A DNA stretch of 64,000 nt from Chiloscyllium plagiosum (GCF_004010195.1 NC_057749.1:19089538-19153537), one strand, 5' to 3'; shown: positions 1-13,626, counted from the stretch's first letter. Notes: generated by a model not told the origin, from the sequence alone. Numbers and translations: made by a program.

Positions 1-955
1 CAGCTCAGGATTTTCCTTTATTCTGTCACGATCCTTTCACACCCAACTCTCTGAATCTCCCTTTTCAAGTTCCCTCTTGCATATTCTATACTCCTCTGGG
101 ACTTCTACTGTTTTCAGCCCTCAGTATCCACCATCTGCCTCCCAATTTCTCTTAATCCAACGCTGGACATCCCTCGATATCCAGGATGCCTTTTAAGAAT
201 TCCACTCCCTTTCACATCTTGACTACTCCAGTTAACGTTGGGAAAGATGAACTCCCCAACTGTAACCATCTAGTTACTTCTATACATCTGCACTGTGCCT
301 ACATATTTGCTGTTCTATTTCTCTCAGGCTATTAGGGGCACTGTAGTACACTCCCAGCAATGTAATTGGTCTGTTTTTGGTTTTTAAGTTCTATCCATAT
401 GGCTTCATTTGAGGATCTGCCTAAAATGTCATCCCTCCTTACTGCTGTAATTGATTCTCTGATCAAAACTGCAACATCTCCTCTTCTTTTTCCTGCTTCC
501 CTGTCTCTCCTGAAGACCTTCTATTCTGGAATATAGAGCTGCCAATCTTGTCCCCTTCACAATCATGTCTCGTTAACAGGAATTACACCACTACCTCATG
601 TTTTAATTTGTGCCCTCAACTTATCTGTCTTGTTCATGAGGCTCTTGGAATTAAAGTAGATGCTTTGACTCACTTGTTGGGAATCTTCTCATTTTGGTTG
701 TACATCTCCCACCTGCTGAACATTCTCTGGATCACATTCCCTGCCAATTTAGTTTAAATGTGGAGGAGCCAGTGTTGGACTGGGGTGGACAAAGTTAAGT
801 CACACAACACCCGGTTATAGTCTAACAGGTTTATTTGGAAGCACTAGTTTTCGGAGCACCGCTCCTTTGTCAGTTACCTGATGAACCAAATAAACCTGTT
901 GGACTATAATCTGGTGTCGTGTGATTTTTAATTTAGTTTAAACCCTACCCAACAG
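1..955 (-). mobile_element. Degenerate CR1-clade LINE fragment (ORF2 endonuclease region)
   Basis: Resembles the minus-strand CR1 endonuclease region at 3600-4450; no intact ORF; interrupted by a PLE fold-back at 759-929. Confidence 0.65.
759..929. mobile_element. Short fold-back Penelope-like terminal-repeat insertion (family C)
   Basis: Inverted arms (ACACCCGGTTATAGTCTAACAGGTTTATTTGG / CCAAATAAACCTGTTGGACTATAATCTGGTGT); 13-bp TSD AATTTAGTTTAAA at 746-758 and 930-942; related copies at about 5950-6000, 7820-7925 and 57140-57245. Confidence 0.75.
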
Positions 956-1299
956 TCATAGTCATAGAGGTCTACAACATGGAAACAGGCCCTTCAGCCC
1001 AACTTGCCTATGCAGCCCAATTTTCACAATTAAACTCAGCCCATTTGCCTGCATTTGGGCCCTGTCCCTCCAGACCTATCCCATGCATGTACTTGTCTAA
1101 ATGTTTCTTAAATGATGAAATTGGATTGCCTCCACTGCTACCTCTGGCAGCCCATTCCAGACACTCGCTACCTCTGGCAGCCCATTCCAGACACTCACCA
1201 CCTACTATGTGAAAGAATTACCCCTCTGCACCCCTCTCTCTTCTCACCTTAAACCTATGCCCTGGGGAAAAGCTGTTGGCTATCTACCTTATCTATGTC

Positions 1300-2035
1300 G
1301 ATGCAGATAAATGTGAGGTGATTCACTTTGGGAAGAATAACAGGAAGGCAGAATATTGGTCAATGGAAAAATTCTTGTTAGTGTGGATGTGCAGAGGGAT
1401 CGTGGTGTTCATGTACATAGATCCCTGAAAGTTGCCACCCACATTGATGGTGCTGTTCAGAAGGTATGCAGTGTGTTAGGTTTTATTGGTAGAGGGATTG
1501 AGTTCCGGAGCTGTGATGTCATGCTGCAACTGGACAAAGTGCCAGTGGTCGCCCCATTACAGGAAGGATGTGGAAGAATTGGAAAAGGTGCAGAGGAGAT
1601 TTACCAGGATGTTGCCTGGTCTGGAGGGAAGGTCTTTTGAGGAAAGGCTGACAGTCATGAGTCTGTTCTCATTGGAGAGAAGAAGGCTAAGAGGGGATTT
1701 AATAAAGGGATACAAAATGATCAGAGGATTAGATAGGGTGGACAATGAGAGTCTTTTTCCTAGGATGCTAACGTCAGCGGATACGAGGGGGCAAGTTGAG
1801 GGGTGATAGATTTAAGACAGATGTCAGAGACCAGTTCTTTCCTCAGAGTGGTAAGGGCGTGGAATGCCCTGCCCACCAATATAGTTAACTCAGCCACATT
1901 AGGGGCATTTAAGCAGTCCTTGGATAAGCATATGGATGATGATGGGATAGTGTAGGGAGATGGGCTTAGATTAGTTCACAGGTCGGTGCAGCATGAAGGG
2001 CCGAAGGGCCTGTTCTGCACTGCATTGTTCTATGT
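1300..2035 (+). mobile_element. 5'-truncated CR1 LINE 3' end inserted into the minus-strand CR1
   Basis: WSPHYRKDVEELEKVQRRFTRMLPGL...LFSLERRRLRGDLI; TTCTATG-repeat tail; apparent 8-bp TSD TCTATGTC at about 1292-1299 and 2036-2043. Confidence 0.9.
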
Positions 2036-4498
2036 TCTATGTCTCTTATGATTTTATAAACCTCTATAAGGTGACCCCTCAGTCTCCAATGCTCCAGGGA
2101 AAAAAAAGTCCCAGCCTAACCAGCCTCTCTTTATAACTGAAACCTTCCAGTCCAGATAACATCCTAGTATATCTTTTCTGCACTGTTTCAAGTTTAATAA
2201 TATCTTTTCTATAGTAGGGCAACCATAACTGCTCACACCAATGTTTTGTACAGCTGCAACAAGATGTCCCAACTCCTATATTCACTGCCCTGACTGATGA
2301 AAGCAAGCGTTCCGAAAACCTTTTTCATCACCCTGTCTACCAGTGAGTCCACTTTCAAGGAGCTATGACCCTGTACCCCTAGATCTCTTTGTTCTATAAC
2401 ACTCCCCAGGGTCCTAACATTGACTGTGTAACTCCTGCCCTGGTTGACCCATCAAAATGCAACTCATTGCATTTATCTAAATTAAACTCCCATCTGCTAT
2501 TCCTCAGCCCACTGGCCCAGTTGATTAAGATCTCACTGTAGTCCCACGTAGCCTTCTTCACTGTCCACTAAGCCACAAATCTAAGTGTCATCCACAAACT
2601 TACTAACCATGCCTCCTAAATTCTCATCTATTTCATTTGCATAAATAACATAACAATGCACCCAGCCCCAATCCCTGTGGCACACCGCTGGTCACAGGCC
2701 TCCAATTGTAAAACAATCCTCTATCACTACCTTTATCTTCTACCATCAAGCCAATTTTGCATCCAATTGGTTAGCTTGCCCCGATCCCTTGAGATAGGTT
2801 ATATCATACAGTACCTTGTCAAAGGCCTTGCTAAAGTTCATGAAGATTATGTTTACTGCACAGCCATCTTCTACTTTCTTGGTGACCTCTTCAAACTCTC
2901 AATCAAATTCATTAAACATGATTTCCCATGCACAAAACAATGCTGACTATTCCAATTGAATATTTGCCTCTCCAAATGCATTTAGATCCTGTCTCCCAGA
3001 ATCCCCTCCAACAATTTAACCACCACAGACATTAGGCTCACTGGTCTGTAGTTCCCAGGGATTTCCCTGCAGCCCAATGTTGTAATGGCACAACATGAAC
3101 CACCCTCCAATCTTCAGGCACTTCCATGTGACTGTTGATAATACAAATATCTCTGCTAGGCGCCTTGCAATTTCCTCCCTAGTCTCCCACAAAGTCCTGG
3201 GGTTCACTTCATCAGCTCCCAGGATTTAATCTACCTTAGACTTCCAGCACCCTCTGTTCTATAACGCAAGCTTTCTTCAAGATATCACTGTTTATTTGCC
3301 CAAGTTTCTTAGCATCATGCCTTTCTCAATGGTAAATACTGATGAGAAATAGTCATTTAGGATCTCATCCATCTCTTGTGGCTGCACATATAGATGACCT
3401 TGTTGATCTTTAAGGGACCCTATTCTCTCCCTTGTTACTCTTTTGCTGTTCATGTACTTGGAGAATCTCTTTGGATTCTCTTTTACCTTTTCTGCCAAAG
3501 CCATCTCATGTCCTCATTTAGCTCTGCTGATTTCTCTCTGAAGTGTACTCCAACACCTTCTATATGCCTCAAGGAATTCACTTGATCCTAGCTGCCTAGA
3601 CAGCCTCCTTTTTCAAGACCAGGGACTCAATAACTCTAGTCACCCAGGGTTTCCTCCTCCTGCCAGCCCTATCCTTCACTCTAACAGGAACATGCTGGCC
3701 CTGAACCCTCATCAACCCACTTCTGAAAGCCTCCCACTTACCAGCCTCCGCCAATCAACATTTGAAAATTCCTGTCTAAGACCATCAAAATTGGCCTTAC
3801 CTCAATTTAGAACTTTAATTTGTGGACCAGACCTATCTTTCCCATAGCTATTTTAAAAACTGATGGAATTATGGTCACTGGTCCCAAAGCACTCTGACTA
3901 ACACTCCCATCACTTGCTTACTCCCCAAGAGGACATCAAGTTTTGCACCTTTTCTAGTGCGGCCAACTACATACTGCATAAGAAATTCTTCCAGAACACA
4001 CTTCACAAATTTCCCTCCATCGAAGCCCTTAACACTATGGCAGTGCCAGTCAATATTAGGCAAGTTAAAATCCCCTACAATTGCAACCCTATTATTCTTG
4101 CAGCTACCTGCTATCTCCTTCCATATTTCTCCTCAATCTCCCGCTGACTATTTTGGGTCCTAGAGTACAATATTATCAAAGTGATCTCCCCCTTTTTATT
4201 TGTATGGACTCAGTGGACAAACCCTCAAGAATGTCCACTCTTAGTACTGCCGTGATGTTCTCCCTCATCAAAAATGCAAGCTCCCCCTCTTCTGTTGTCT
4301 CCCCTTCTATCCTTCCTATAGCATCTGTACCCTGGAACATTGACCGGCCAGACCTGTCCCTCCCTCAGTCATGTTTCTGTCTGAGCTATAATATCCCAGT
4401 CCCATGTATCTATCCATGCCCAGAGTTCATTTGCCTTTAATGCTGAGGCCTGTTGCATTGAAATAAATGCAATTTAACCCAAACTCCCCTTACTTCCT

Positions 4499-5036
4499 AG
4501 GTAAAAACAATAACTGCAGATGCTGGAACAAGATTCTGGATCAGTGGTGATCTGGAACGCCTCATCTTCCACCTCGGAACACTTCAACCCCAGGGCATCA
4601 ATGTAGACTTCAACAGCTTCCTCATTTCCCCTTCCCCCACCTCATCCTAGTTTCAAACTTCCAGCTCAGCACTGTCCCCTTGACTTGTCCGGACTTGTCC
4701 GACCTGCCTAGCTCCTCTTCCACCTATCCACTCCACCCTCTCCTCCCTGACCTATCACCTTCATCTCCTCCCCCACTCANNNNNNNNNNNNNNNNNNNNN
4801 NNNNNNNNNNNNNNNNNNNNNNNNNNNNNNNNNCTACCACCTTCATCTCCTCCCCCACTCACCCATTGTACTCTATGCTACTCTCTCCCCAACCCCACCC
4901 TCCTCTAGCTTATCTCTCCACGCTTCAGGCTCTCTGCCTTTATTCCTGATGAAGGGCTTTTGCCCGAAACATCGATTTCGCTGCTTGTTGGATGCTGCCT
5001 GAATTGCTGTGCTCTTCTAGCACCACTGATCCAGAA
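4499..5036 (+). mobile_element. Penelope-like element 3' fragment with inverted terminal segment (family A)
   Basis: Encodes RLIFHLGTLQPQGINVDF (PLE endonuclease C-terminus); hammerhead core at 4942-4977; 14-bp TSD TCCCCTTACTTCCT at 4485-4498 and 5037-5050; contains an N-gap at 4780-4833. Confidence 0.85.
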
Positions 5037-6096
5037 TCCCCTTACTTCCTGCCATGCTCTTGCCCACGCTGTCTAGTACTGAGATTACCAACACTGCCTT
5101 TACTATTTAACTTGCTCCCATTAACTTCTGTACTGTCCTCAACCTTCTCTTTCGTCTCCCTACTGTATTGGCTCCCACCTCCCCTACCAGACTAGTTTAA
5201 ACTCTCTAGAGAGAATCGAGTAAATCTCCCACCAGGACGTCGGTTCCCCTCCAGTTCAGGTATAACCTGTCCCTCTTGTACAAGTCACCTCTACCCAAGA
5301 AGAGATCCCAATGATTCAAGAATCTGAATCCCTGTCCCTACACCAGCTCTCAAGCCACACTTCCATTTGCCATATCCTCCTCTTCCTACTCTCGCTAATA
5401 CGTGGAATCGGAAATAGTCCAGAAATTACTACCTGTGAGGTCCTCCATTTTAACCCTCTGCCTAACTCCCTCTAATACCTCTGCGGGACCTCATTCCTTT
5501 TCCGATATATATTGTTGGTACCAATATGTAAAATGACATCTGGCTGCTCACCCTCCCTCTTGAGAATTTTATGCAACTGCTCAGAAATGTCCTTAACCCT
5601 GGCACCAGGGAAGCAACACATCATCCTGAAGTCATGATCGTGGCCACAGAAACACCTGATTGTGCCCCTGACTAGTGAGTCCCTGACTACTAACGTGCTT
5701 CAACTTTGCCTGACCCTGGTCTATAGCAGAGCTGGTCATGGTGCCACAGGCCTGGCTGCTATTGTTGTACCCCACAATAGTATCCAAAACAGTTCTACCT
5801 GTTTGAGAAGGGAATAGCTACAGGAGACTCCTACTCTACCCTGCTACCTCTCCTGGCTTAAGTGCAACCCATCCACTTTCTACAGATCCCACCACCCTCA
5901 AAAACAGCCCCAATTTCCCAGAAACATAAAGTCCTTCCTCCTGTAACATGGTTAAAAAATCACACAACACCAGGTTATAGGCCAACAGGTTTATTTGGAA
6001 GAGGTAAAAGCAATGACTGCAGATGCTGGGAACCAGATTCTGGATTAGTGGTGCTGGAAGAGCACAGCAGTTCAGGCAGCATCCAGGGAACAGGAG

Positions 6097-6132
6097 ATTC
6101 GACGTTTCGGGCACAGGCCCTTCTTCAGGAAT
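6097..6132 (-). ncRNA. Minimal type I hammerhead ribozyme motif in a PLE terminal repeat (family A)
   Basis: Minus strand reads AUUC-CUGAAGA-A-GGGC CUGU GCCC-GAAA-CGUC-GAAU: CUGANGA and GAAA cores, stem II, stem I (AUUC/GAAU), palindromic ACGU stem III and a GUC cleavage triplet. Confidence 0.7.
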
Positions 6133-6149
6133 GAGCCCCAGTCCAACAC

Positions 6150-7720
6150 TGGCTGCTCCAATTGCGTGCAGGATACGGAGTAGGGTAAATGAGCTTGTGG
6201 CACAGATCGAAATGGGCAGGTATGATGCAGTGGGCATCAAGGAGACATGGCTGCAGGGGGATCAGGATTGGGAGCTAAATATCCAAGGATATACAGCTTA
6301 TTGAAAAGATGAGCATGTGGGCAGAGGGGCTGGGGGTGCCTTGTTAGCAAAAAAATGAAATTAAATCAATAGCAATAAACAAAGTAGGGTCAAACGACCG
6401 TAGACTCTGTGTGGGTAGAGTTGAGGAACTACAAAGGTTTAAAAAGAAAGGGTGTTAGCTACAGGCCTCCAAACAGTAGTCTCAATAGCAATAAACAAAG
6501 TAGGGTCAAACGACGTAGACTCTGTGTGGGTAGAGTTGAGGAACTACAAAGGTTTAAAAAGAAAGGGTGTTAGCTACAGGCCTCCAAACAGTAGTCAGGA
6601 TTTGGGATATAAAATAAGAAAGGACAGCACATTGATTCAGCGGTTAGCACTGCTTCTCACAGCACCAGGGGACCCGGGTTCGATTCCAGCCTCGGGCGAC
6701 TGTCTGTGAGGAGTTTGCACATTCTCGCAGTGTCAGCACGAGTTTCCTCCGGGTGCTCCGGTTTCCTCCCACAATCCAAAGATGTGCAGGTTAGGGTGCA
6801 TTGCCCATGCTAAATTGCCTATAGTCTTCAGGGATATTGTAGGTTAGGTGCATTAGTCAGGAGAAATGTAAAGTAATAGCGTGAATGGGTCTTCAGAGGG
6901 TCAGTATGGACCTGTTGGGCCGAATGGCTTATTTCCCTGCAGGGATTCTACGAGACATCAAGATATAGAAAAGGCATGTCATAGAGTCCTACAGCACGGT
7001 CCATACTGACCAAAATGTCTATCCATGCTAACCCCATTTCCCTGCAGTTGACCTTCTAAACCGTGCCAATTTGTATATTTGTCCAAATGCCTTTTAAATG
7101 TTGTTAATGTATCTATCTCAACTACATCCACGTGTGAGAGAGGCAAGGTTACAGTGATCGTGGGGGATTTCAATATGCAGGTGGACTGGGAAAATCAGGT
7201 TGGTAGTGGATTGACCACAAGATGGCCTTCTTGGAGCAGCCTGTGGAGGAGCCCACTAGGGAACAGGCAATCCTGGAATTTAGTGTTGTGCAAATGAGGC
7301 AGACTTGATAAAGGAAGTTTAAGTGAAGGAACCCGTGACCATAATATGATTGAATTTATTCTGCAATTTGAGAATGAGAAGCTGGGTAGAATTAACTGGG
7401 GGAGGAGCCTAACAGTGGACCAGCAAAGGCAGGGGTTTATGGGAGTAATTCAGGAGACGCGGAAGAGATTCATCCAGAGGAAAAAGCAGCATGGTACAGG
7501 GAGGATGAGGCAACCATGGCTGACCAGGGAAGTCAGGGATAGCATAAAAGCAAAAGAGAAAGCATGTGGGAACCAGAGGTTTGGGAAACCTACAAAGACA
7601 AACAGAAGACAATGAAAAAAGAAATAAGGAGGGAGAAGATTAATTAGGAGACTAAGCTAGCCAGTAATTTTAAATAAGATTGAAAGAGTTTCTTTAGATA
7701 TGGTTAAGGAGCCTCTAGTT
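6150..7720 (+). mobile_element. CR1 LINE endonuclease-region fragment with nested SINE and CR1 tail
   Basis: YDAVGIKETWLQGDQDWELNIQGY, VGDFNMQVDWENQVG and QPWLTREVRDSIKAKEKA peptides; frameshifted. Confidence 0.85.
6622..6950 (+). mobile_element. HE1-type tRNA-derived SINE
   Basis: B box GGTTCGATTCC, then GGAGTTTGCACATTCTC...GGGTGCTCCGGTTTCCTCCCACA core and a CR1-like tail; same family as 42612-42925. Confidence 0.85.
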
Positions 7721-8639
7721 ATGCTGTAACGAGGTCTTTCTGAAGTTGAAAGATGACTTTTTCCCCGCTTGTATTCCAGTCTTCTGGAGAGAAAGGCCAG
7801 CACTACTTTAATGTTTTCAGGTGTGGAGAAGCTGGTGTTGGGGTGGACCAAGTTAAAAATCACAACACCAGCTTATAGCCCAATGGGTTTATTTGGAAGC
7901 ACTAGTTTTCGGAGTGCTCCTCCTCTTCACGTACTTAAATGTTGTAACTGTACCTGCATCCAGCACTTCTTCTGGCTGACCATTCCACATATTAAAAAAA
8001 AGTTTAGGTCCTTCTTAAATCTTTCTCCTCTCCCCATAAAAAATATTCCCCCTAGTTTTGAACTCCCCCTAGAGAAAAGACCCTTATCACTCACCTTATC
8101 TATGCCTGTCATGATCTTATAAACCTCTATAAAAAGGTCACCCCTCAACCTCCTACGCTCCAGTGAAAAAAGTCCCAGACTTTCCAGTAGTTCAATAAGA
8201 AACTGTCAAAACAAGTTTCTCTTTGCACGATTCACGCATCGATAAATCCATTCACTAAAATGAACCAGTTTTTAAACACTAAGCTAAGGAGAAACAGGAT
8301 AGCAGAATGATGAGATGGAAGATGCAGCGCCAAGTGGCAGGGGTTATGTAGGGAGGGGATGCAGTGGGAAGGAGGCAGCAAGTTGAGGTGGGGATGATAG
8401 ATGAGGCAAGTGGGGAGGAGAAAGGAGCCAAGCCTATGATGGGGGAGGGGAGAGAAGATGCAGGGGAGGTTGGGTGGGGGTGGGGGTGGAGGTGGGAGGG
8501 TTGGAGACAGAGGGGCCATCTGTTTTTCTTTGAGGAGATGGTAAACACAAGGAAGAGGGGTTGATCTGGGTCAGAGGGTTCACAAACATTTCCCAGTCCA
8601 CTATGTGAGCCAGTCACCTCCTCAAATAATTTGCTGGGA

Positions 8640-8965
8640 AGGTGATGGCCCAGTGTATTGTTGCTGGACTACTAATCCAGAGACCCAGGTAACCTGCTGG
8701 GCACTTGGGATCAAATCCCATCATGGTAAATGGTAGAATTTGAATTCTGTGAAAAATCTTAGATTAAAAGTTTAATGATGGCAATGAAACTGTTGCTGAT
8801 TGACATCAGGTGTTTTTCCCTAACAATCAGGGAAGCAAACTGCTCTCCTTCCCAGGTATGGCCTACATGTGACTCCAGACCCACAGCAATGTGGTTGACT
8901 CTTACCTGCCCTCTGGGCAATAAATGCTGCCTGGCCAGAGATACCCACATCCTGTGAAAGAATAG
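8640..8965 (+). mobile_element. Second tRNA-derived SINE family
   Basis: GGACTACTAATCCAGAGACCCAGG...GGATCAAATCCCA head and TGGCCTACATGTGACTCCAGACCCACAGCAATGTGGTTGACTCT body; copies at about 22960-23265 (+) and 16545-16670, 17830-17965, 32420-32630, 32990-33250 (-). Confidence 0.7.
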
Positions 8966-9121
8966 TGCAAAAATCAGATTCATCAGGAAAGACCTGCCCT
9001 TCACAAATTTATTAATTAATTATGTAACTATGATATTCAAAAAGGCGAAGATGAGAGGAGATCCCTTTAGACAGCAGCACTTCACACACTATTACCAGGC
9101 CAGGCATCCAGTGGCTCAGTG

Positions 9122-9318
9122 CAGCAGGTCATGCAGCATCCAAGGAGCAGGAGAATTGACGTTTCGGGCGTGAGCCCTTCTTCGGGCGTGATTCCTGAAG
9201 AAGGGCTCATGCCCAAAATGTCGATTCTCCTGCTCCTTGGATGCTGCCTGACCTGCTGCGCTTTTCCAGCAACACATTTTCAGGTCTGATCTCCAGCATC
9301 TGCAGTCCTCCCTTTCAC
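9122..9318. mobile_element. Fold-back PLE insertion (family A) in the head of an HE1 SINE
   Basis: Inverted arms; 14-bp TSD CCAGTGGCTCAGTG at 9108-9121 and 9319-9332; the HE1 SINE continues to about 9600. Confidence 0.85.
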
Positions 9319-10404
9319 CCAGTGGCTCAGTGGTTAGCACTGCTGCCTCACAGTGCCAGGGACCTGGGTTCGATTCGAGCCTTGGGTGAATGTCTGTGTG
9401 GAGTTTGCACATTCTCCCCGTGTCTGTGTGGGTTTCGTCCGGGTGCTCTGGTTTCCTCCCACAGTCCAAAGATGTGCAGATTAGGTGGACTGTCCATGGG
9501 AAATGTGAGGCTGCAAGGATTCATTAGGAGTCTGGGTGGGATCCTGGCTGGAGGGTCAGTGCAGGCTTGATGGGTCAAACAGCCTCATTCCATACCTATA
9601 TGATTTAAGAAATCTTCTGTCCTCCTACTAAAGTGGATAAGCTTACGCTTACCTACACTGTATTCCATTTGTCATGTCCTTGACCATTCACTCAGGTCTG
9701 TCCAAATCTCCTGGAGACTTCTTTTCAACGTCCTCACAACTCACATTCCCAACTGGGTTTGTCTCCACCCGACCTGATGATATCATATGATTTTGGGTGA
9801 CAAGTGAAGGAGTTTAGCTTGAGATCCCAATGAGATGAGATATGTCACCCCTGGTTTCCGATAGCCTAAGTAATTGTCTCTAACTAGCCAATGACTATTG
9901 CATAATAAACTGTGTCAAGGCAATTTTCTCTTAAGACTCCCCAGTCATTACTCCTCTTCCACTGAGTGCGGTGAACTCAGTATAGAATTAAGGATTGAGA
10001 GCAGGATGCAACCCCATTCATTAGCTGGTAGTTGGATTTGTAGTACATATAACATGGTGATCACTATTGCTTAAAATACTTCTAGGTAATGATGAAAATA
10101 ATCCAAAATGGGGCAAAAATGTTCAGAAGACAAGTGAATTTGCTGTTTTTTAAAGACATTACTGCTTTTAAAATACTCAGTTGCAACAACAAGTGCTTGA
10201 TGTTACCACTTAAACACAGAACAGTGTTTCAATAATCACACCCCCCATTCCACTGTCACTGTCAATAAATGTATTAAGTCACAATGAGACCACCAACCGA
10301 CTGCCACTCAGGATAAAATCACAATTAGACCAGGTCTCGTTAGTAATAGAAAATAACTTCATTATAACTTTATATTTAACTTCAACAACAGTAAAGAAAA
10401 TAAA

Positions 10405-11133
10405 GCATCACCGCAGGAATTGCAAAACCTGCCCCCACACCTCCACCCAAGGCCCTAAAGGAGCCTTCCACATCCAAAGTTTTACCTGCACTTCCACCAA
10501 TGTCATTTATTGTGTCCGTTGCTCCCGATGCGGTCTCCTCTACATTGCTAGGAGACGTCCAGTTTCCCCTATGCGCTTTAGGGAACATCACCTGCACCAA
10601 TCAACCACACCACCCTGTGGCCCAACATTTCAACTTCCCCCTCCCACTCAGCTGAGGACATGGAGGTCCTGGGCTTTCCTCACCATCAGACACCTGGAGG
10701 AAGAACGCCTCATCTTCCGCCTCGGAACACTTCAACCCCAGGGCATCAATGTGGACTTCACCAGTTTCCTCATTTCCCCTTCCCCCACCTCACCTCAGTT
10801 CCAAACTTCCAGTTCAGCACCATCCCCATGACTTGTCCGGACTTGTCCTACCTGCCTATCTTCCTTTTCACCTATCCACTCCACCCTCCTCTCTGACCTA
10901 TCACCTTCATCCCACCCCCATTCACCCACTGTACTCTTTGCTACCTACCTCCACCCCCACCCTCCTCTCATTTATCTCTCCACCCTTCAGGCACTCTGCC
11001 TCTATTCCTGATGAAGGACTTTTGCCCGAAACGTCGACTTTCCTGCTCCTCGGATGCTGCCTAAACTGCTGTGCTTTTCCAGCACCACTAATCCAGAATC
11101 TGGTTTCCAGCATCAGTAGTCATTGTTTTTACC
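10405..11133 (+). mobile_element. Penelope-like element 3' part (GIY-YIG endonuclease plus terminal repeat)
   Basis: Translates FTCTSTNVIYCVRCSRCGLLYI...RFREH...HLEEERLIFRLGTLQPQGINVDF (GIY-YIG with a Cys motif, Neptune-like); hammerhead core at 11004-11039. Confidence 0.9.
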
Positions 11134-11384
11134 TACACACACACACGCGCGCGCAATTAAGACAGCCATAAAGACAAATGGTTCAGCACTGAACGTTGGG
11201 TGGAACAAGCATTGCCCAATAAGCCACTTCCAATAAATGTGCAGAAGTGGGACACAGTTTCACAGCAGCACAAATGGTGATGGTTACAGATGCAAAGAGC
11301 CCAATATGATAGAACAGTGACCATTAGAAAAAATACCCAGGGCATTCCTCAGGAACCAAAAGAACTATGGATTCTGAAGAGAAA

Positions 11385-11860
11385 CAACAAAAAAACAGAA
11401 GTTGCTGGAAAAGCTCAGCAGGTCTGGCAGCATCTGTGGAGGGAAAGCAGAGTTAATGTTTCGGGTCCCTTCCTCAGCATTCTGAGGAGTATCTGTGAGA
11501 GAGTGTGTGAGTGAGTGTGAGTGTAAAGGGGTAAATGTTTGTGAGAGGGTGTGAGTGTGGGAGTGTACGAGAGAAAGCTTGTGTATGAGGGTCTGTCAGA
11601 GTATGTGTGTGTGTAGGAGTGTGTCTGTGTGTGTAGTGCAGTGGAGTCACCTGTAGTGTGACATGAACCCAAGGTCCCGGTTGAGGCCATCCCCACGGGT
11701 AATGAACTTGACTATCAGCCTCTGCTCGGCCACTTTGCGTTGTTGCCTGTCCCGAAATATGCCTTGGAAAATGGCTACCCGAAGATCCGACATCGAATGT
11801 CCAGACCACCGAAGTGCTCTCTGCCTGGGAGGGAACACTCCTCTCTGTTGATTGTTGTGA
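11385..11860 (-). mobile_element. Penelope-like element 3' part (family B terminal repeat)
   Basis: GHSMSDLRVAIFQG...AEQRLIVKFITRGDGLNRDLGFMSHY endonuclease C-terminus, a (CA)-rich spacer and a terminal repeat shared with 30960-31205. Confidence 0.8.
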
Positions 11861-11873
11861 GTCAGTGATGGTC

Positions 11874-13626
11874 CTGAAAACTGGAATAAATTCAGAATCC
11901 AGCAAAAGACTAAAAAGGTAATAAACACAGAAAATAAAGCAAGGAAATCAAGCAAGGAAAATAAAAACTGATGACAAGAGTTTTTAAAAAAATATATCAA
12001 AACAAAGAGAGGAGTTAAAGTGAATGTAAGTCTCTTAGAAAGTGAACCTGGGGAGACAACTTTGGGGAAATAAAGGAATGGCAGAGGAGTTAACAGATAT
12101 TTTGCATCAGTCTTTATAGTGGAAGATACTTTGAACATTCCATTAATACTAAGGAATACTGGGACAGGATTACTATCACCATCACCGGAGAAGTAGTATC
12201 AGACAAACTAATGGGGCTCAAGGTAGATAAAGCCCTTGGCCCTGGTGGCTTGCGTCCTATGATCCTAAAAGGGGGCTACAGAGATAGTGGACACATTGAT
12301 GTAATTTTCCAAACATTGTTGGATTCTGGAGAAGTTCCAGAGGATTGGAAAACTGCCAATGTAACACACCTATTCAAAAAGGGAGTAAGGCAAAAAGCAC
12401 ATAACTGTAAGCCAATTAGCCTAATGTGATTGTTGAAAATGTACTGGAAGCAATACTTAAGGAAGTAATAGAACATCTGGAAAGTCATAATCTAACCAAA
12501 AGTCAGCATGGTTTCATGAACGGGAAATCACGTCTGACTAATTATTTGAGTTTCTAAGAAAGTCTCAACCAGAGTGGATAGAGGGGAACTAATAAATGTG
12601 TTGCATTTGGACTACAAAAAGGCATTCGACAAGGTACTGCACAAAAGGTTAAGTCATAAGAGCTCATGGTGCTGGAGGTAGCATATTGGCATGTGCAGAG
12701 AATTGGCTAATGGGCAGGAAACAGCGAGTGGGGAAAACAGGTTATTTTTCAGGTTGGCGAAAAATAACCCCTTATAGTGGGTTCTATAAGAATCAGTGCT
12801 GGGACCACAACTATTTACAATATACATTAATGATTTAGAGGAAGGAAGTAGATGACACAAAAATAGGTACAAGAGGGATACAAACAGTTAATAGAAAGAT
12901 ATTGGTAGGTTAAGTACATGGGTAAAAAGTTGGCAAATAGAATATGATGTGGGAAAATGTGAAGTTGTTCATTTTGGAAGGGGATACTTGTGTACAAAAC
13001 ACAGAATACAGCACAGGGGGGTGCAGCAGGTAATCAGGAAGGGCTAATGAAATGTTGGCCCTTATTTCAAAGGGATTGGAGTATAAGAGTAGGCAAGTCT
13101 TACTGTAACTGCACAAGATGCTGGTGAGACCACACTTGGAGCACAGTGAGCAGTTTTGGTCCCCTTACTTAAGGAAAGACATCATTTCACGGGCCCCAGT
13201 TCGGAGAGGGCTCATTTGGATGATTCCTCGCATGGAGGGATTGCCTTATGAGCAAAGTCTATACAGGTTGGGATTCGACTCAATGAAGTTTAGAAGATTG
13301 AGAGGTGACCTCATTGAAACATATCAGATTCTTAAGGTGTTTGACAGGGTGTTTCCCCTCAAGGGAGTGTCTAGGACCAGCGGGCATCATCTCAGAATAA
13401 AGGGATACCAGTTTAAGACTAAATTGAGGAGGAATTTCTTGTCTCAGAGGATTGAGAGTCTTGGAACTCCTTGCCACAGAGAGCCGCGAGAGCAAAGTCT
13501 GAGGTAGTTAGATTCTGACCAGTTGGGAATTAAGGTGGACTTGAGAAATGTCAGATTAGCCATGATCCTATTGAATAACGAGGTCAAAGGGCTGAATGAC
13601 CTATTCCTATTTCTTGTGGTTTTATG
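11874..13626 (+). mobile_element. 5'-truncated CR1 LINE (RT region to 3' tail)
   Basis: LDSGEVPEDWKTANVTHLFKKG and LVRPHLEHSEQFWSPYLRKDI peptides; 13-bp TSD GTCAGTGATGGTC at 11861-11873 and 13627-13639. Confidence 0.9.

Larger units (their letters stand above)
957..5940 (-). mobile_element. Long decayed CR1 LINE (ORF1 esterase region, ORF2 EN/RT, 3' tail) with nested insertions
   Basis: Minus-strand peptides such as PYYRKDIIKLETVQKRYTRML, PRTLWETREEIA, KVKENPKRFSKYMNSKR and PNIDW; the 5500-5640 region reads like the CR1 ORF1 SGNH esterase (CFPGARVKDISEQL...VILHIGTN); many stops and frameshifts. Confidence 0.9.

Noticed and set aside
8232..8617. Pro-rich ORFs and a minus-strand acceptor near 8285
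   Set aside because: ORFs arise from a purine-rich low-complexity tract; the possible exon (VFKNWFILVNGFIDA*) cannot be linked to anything.
9774..9870. TGATGA box C-like motif (snoRNA?)
   Set aside because: No suitably placed CTGA box D or terminal stem.
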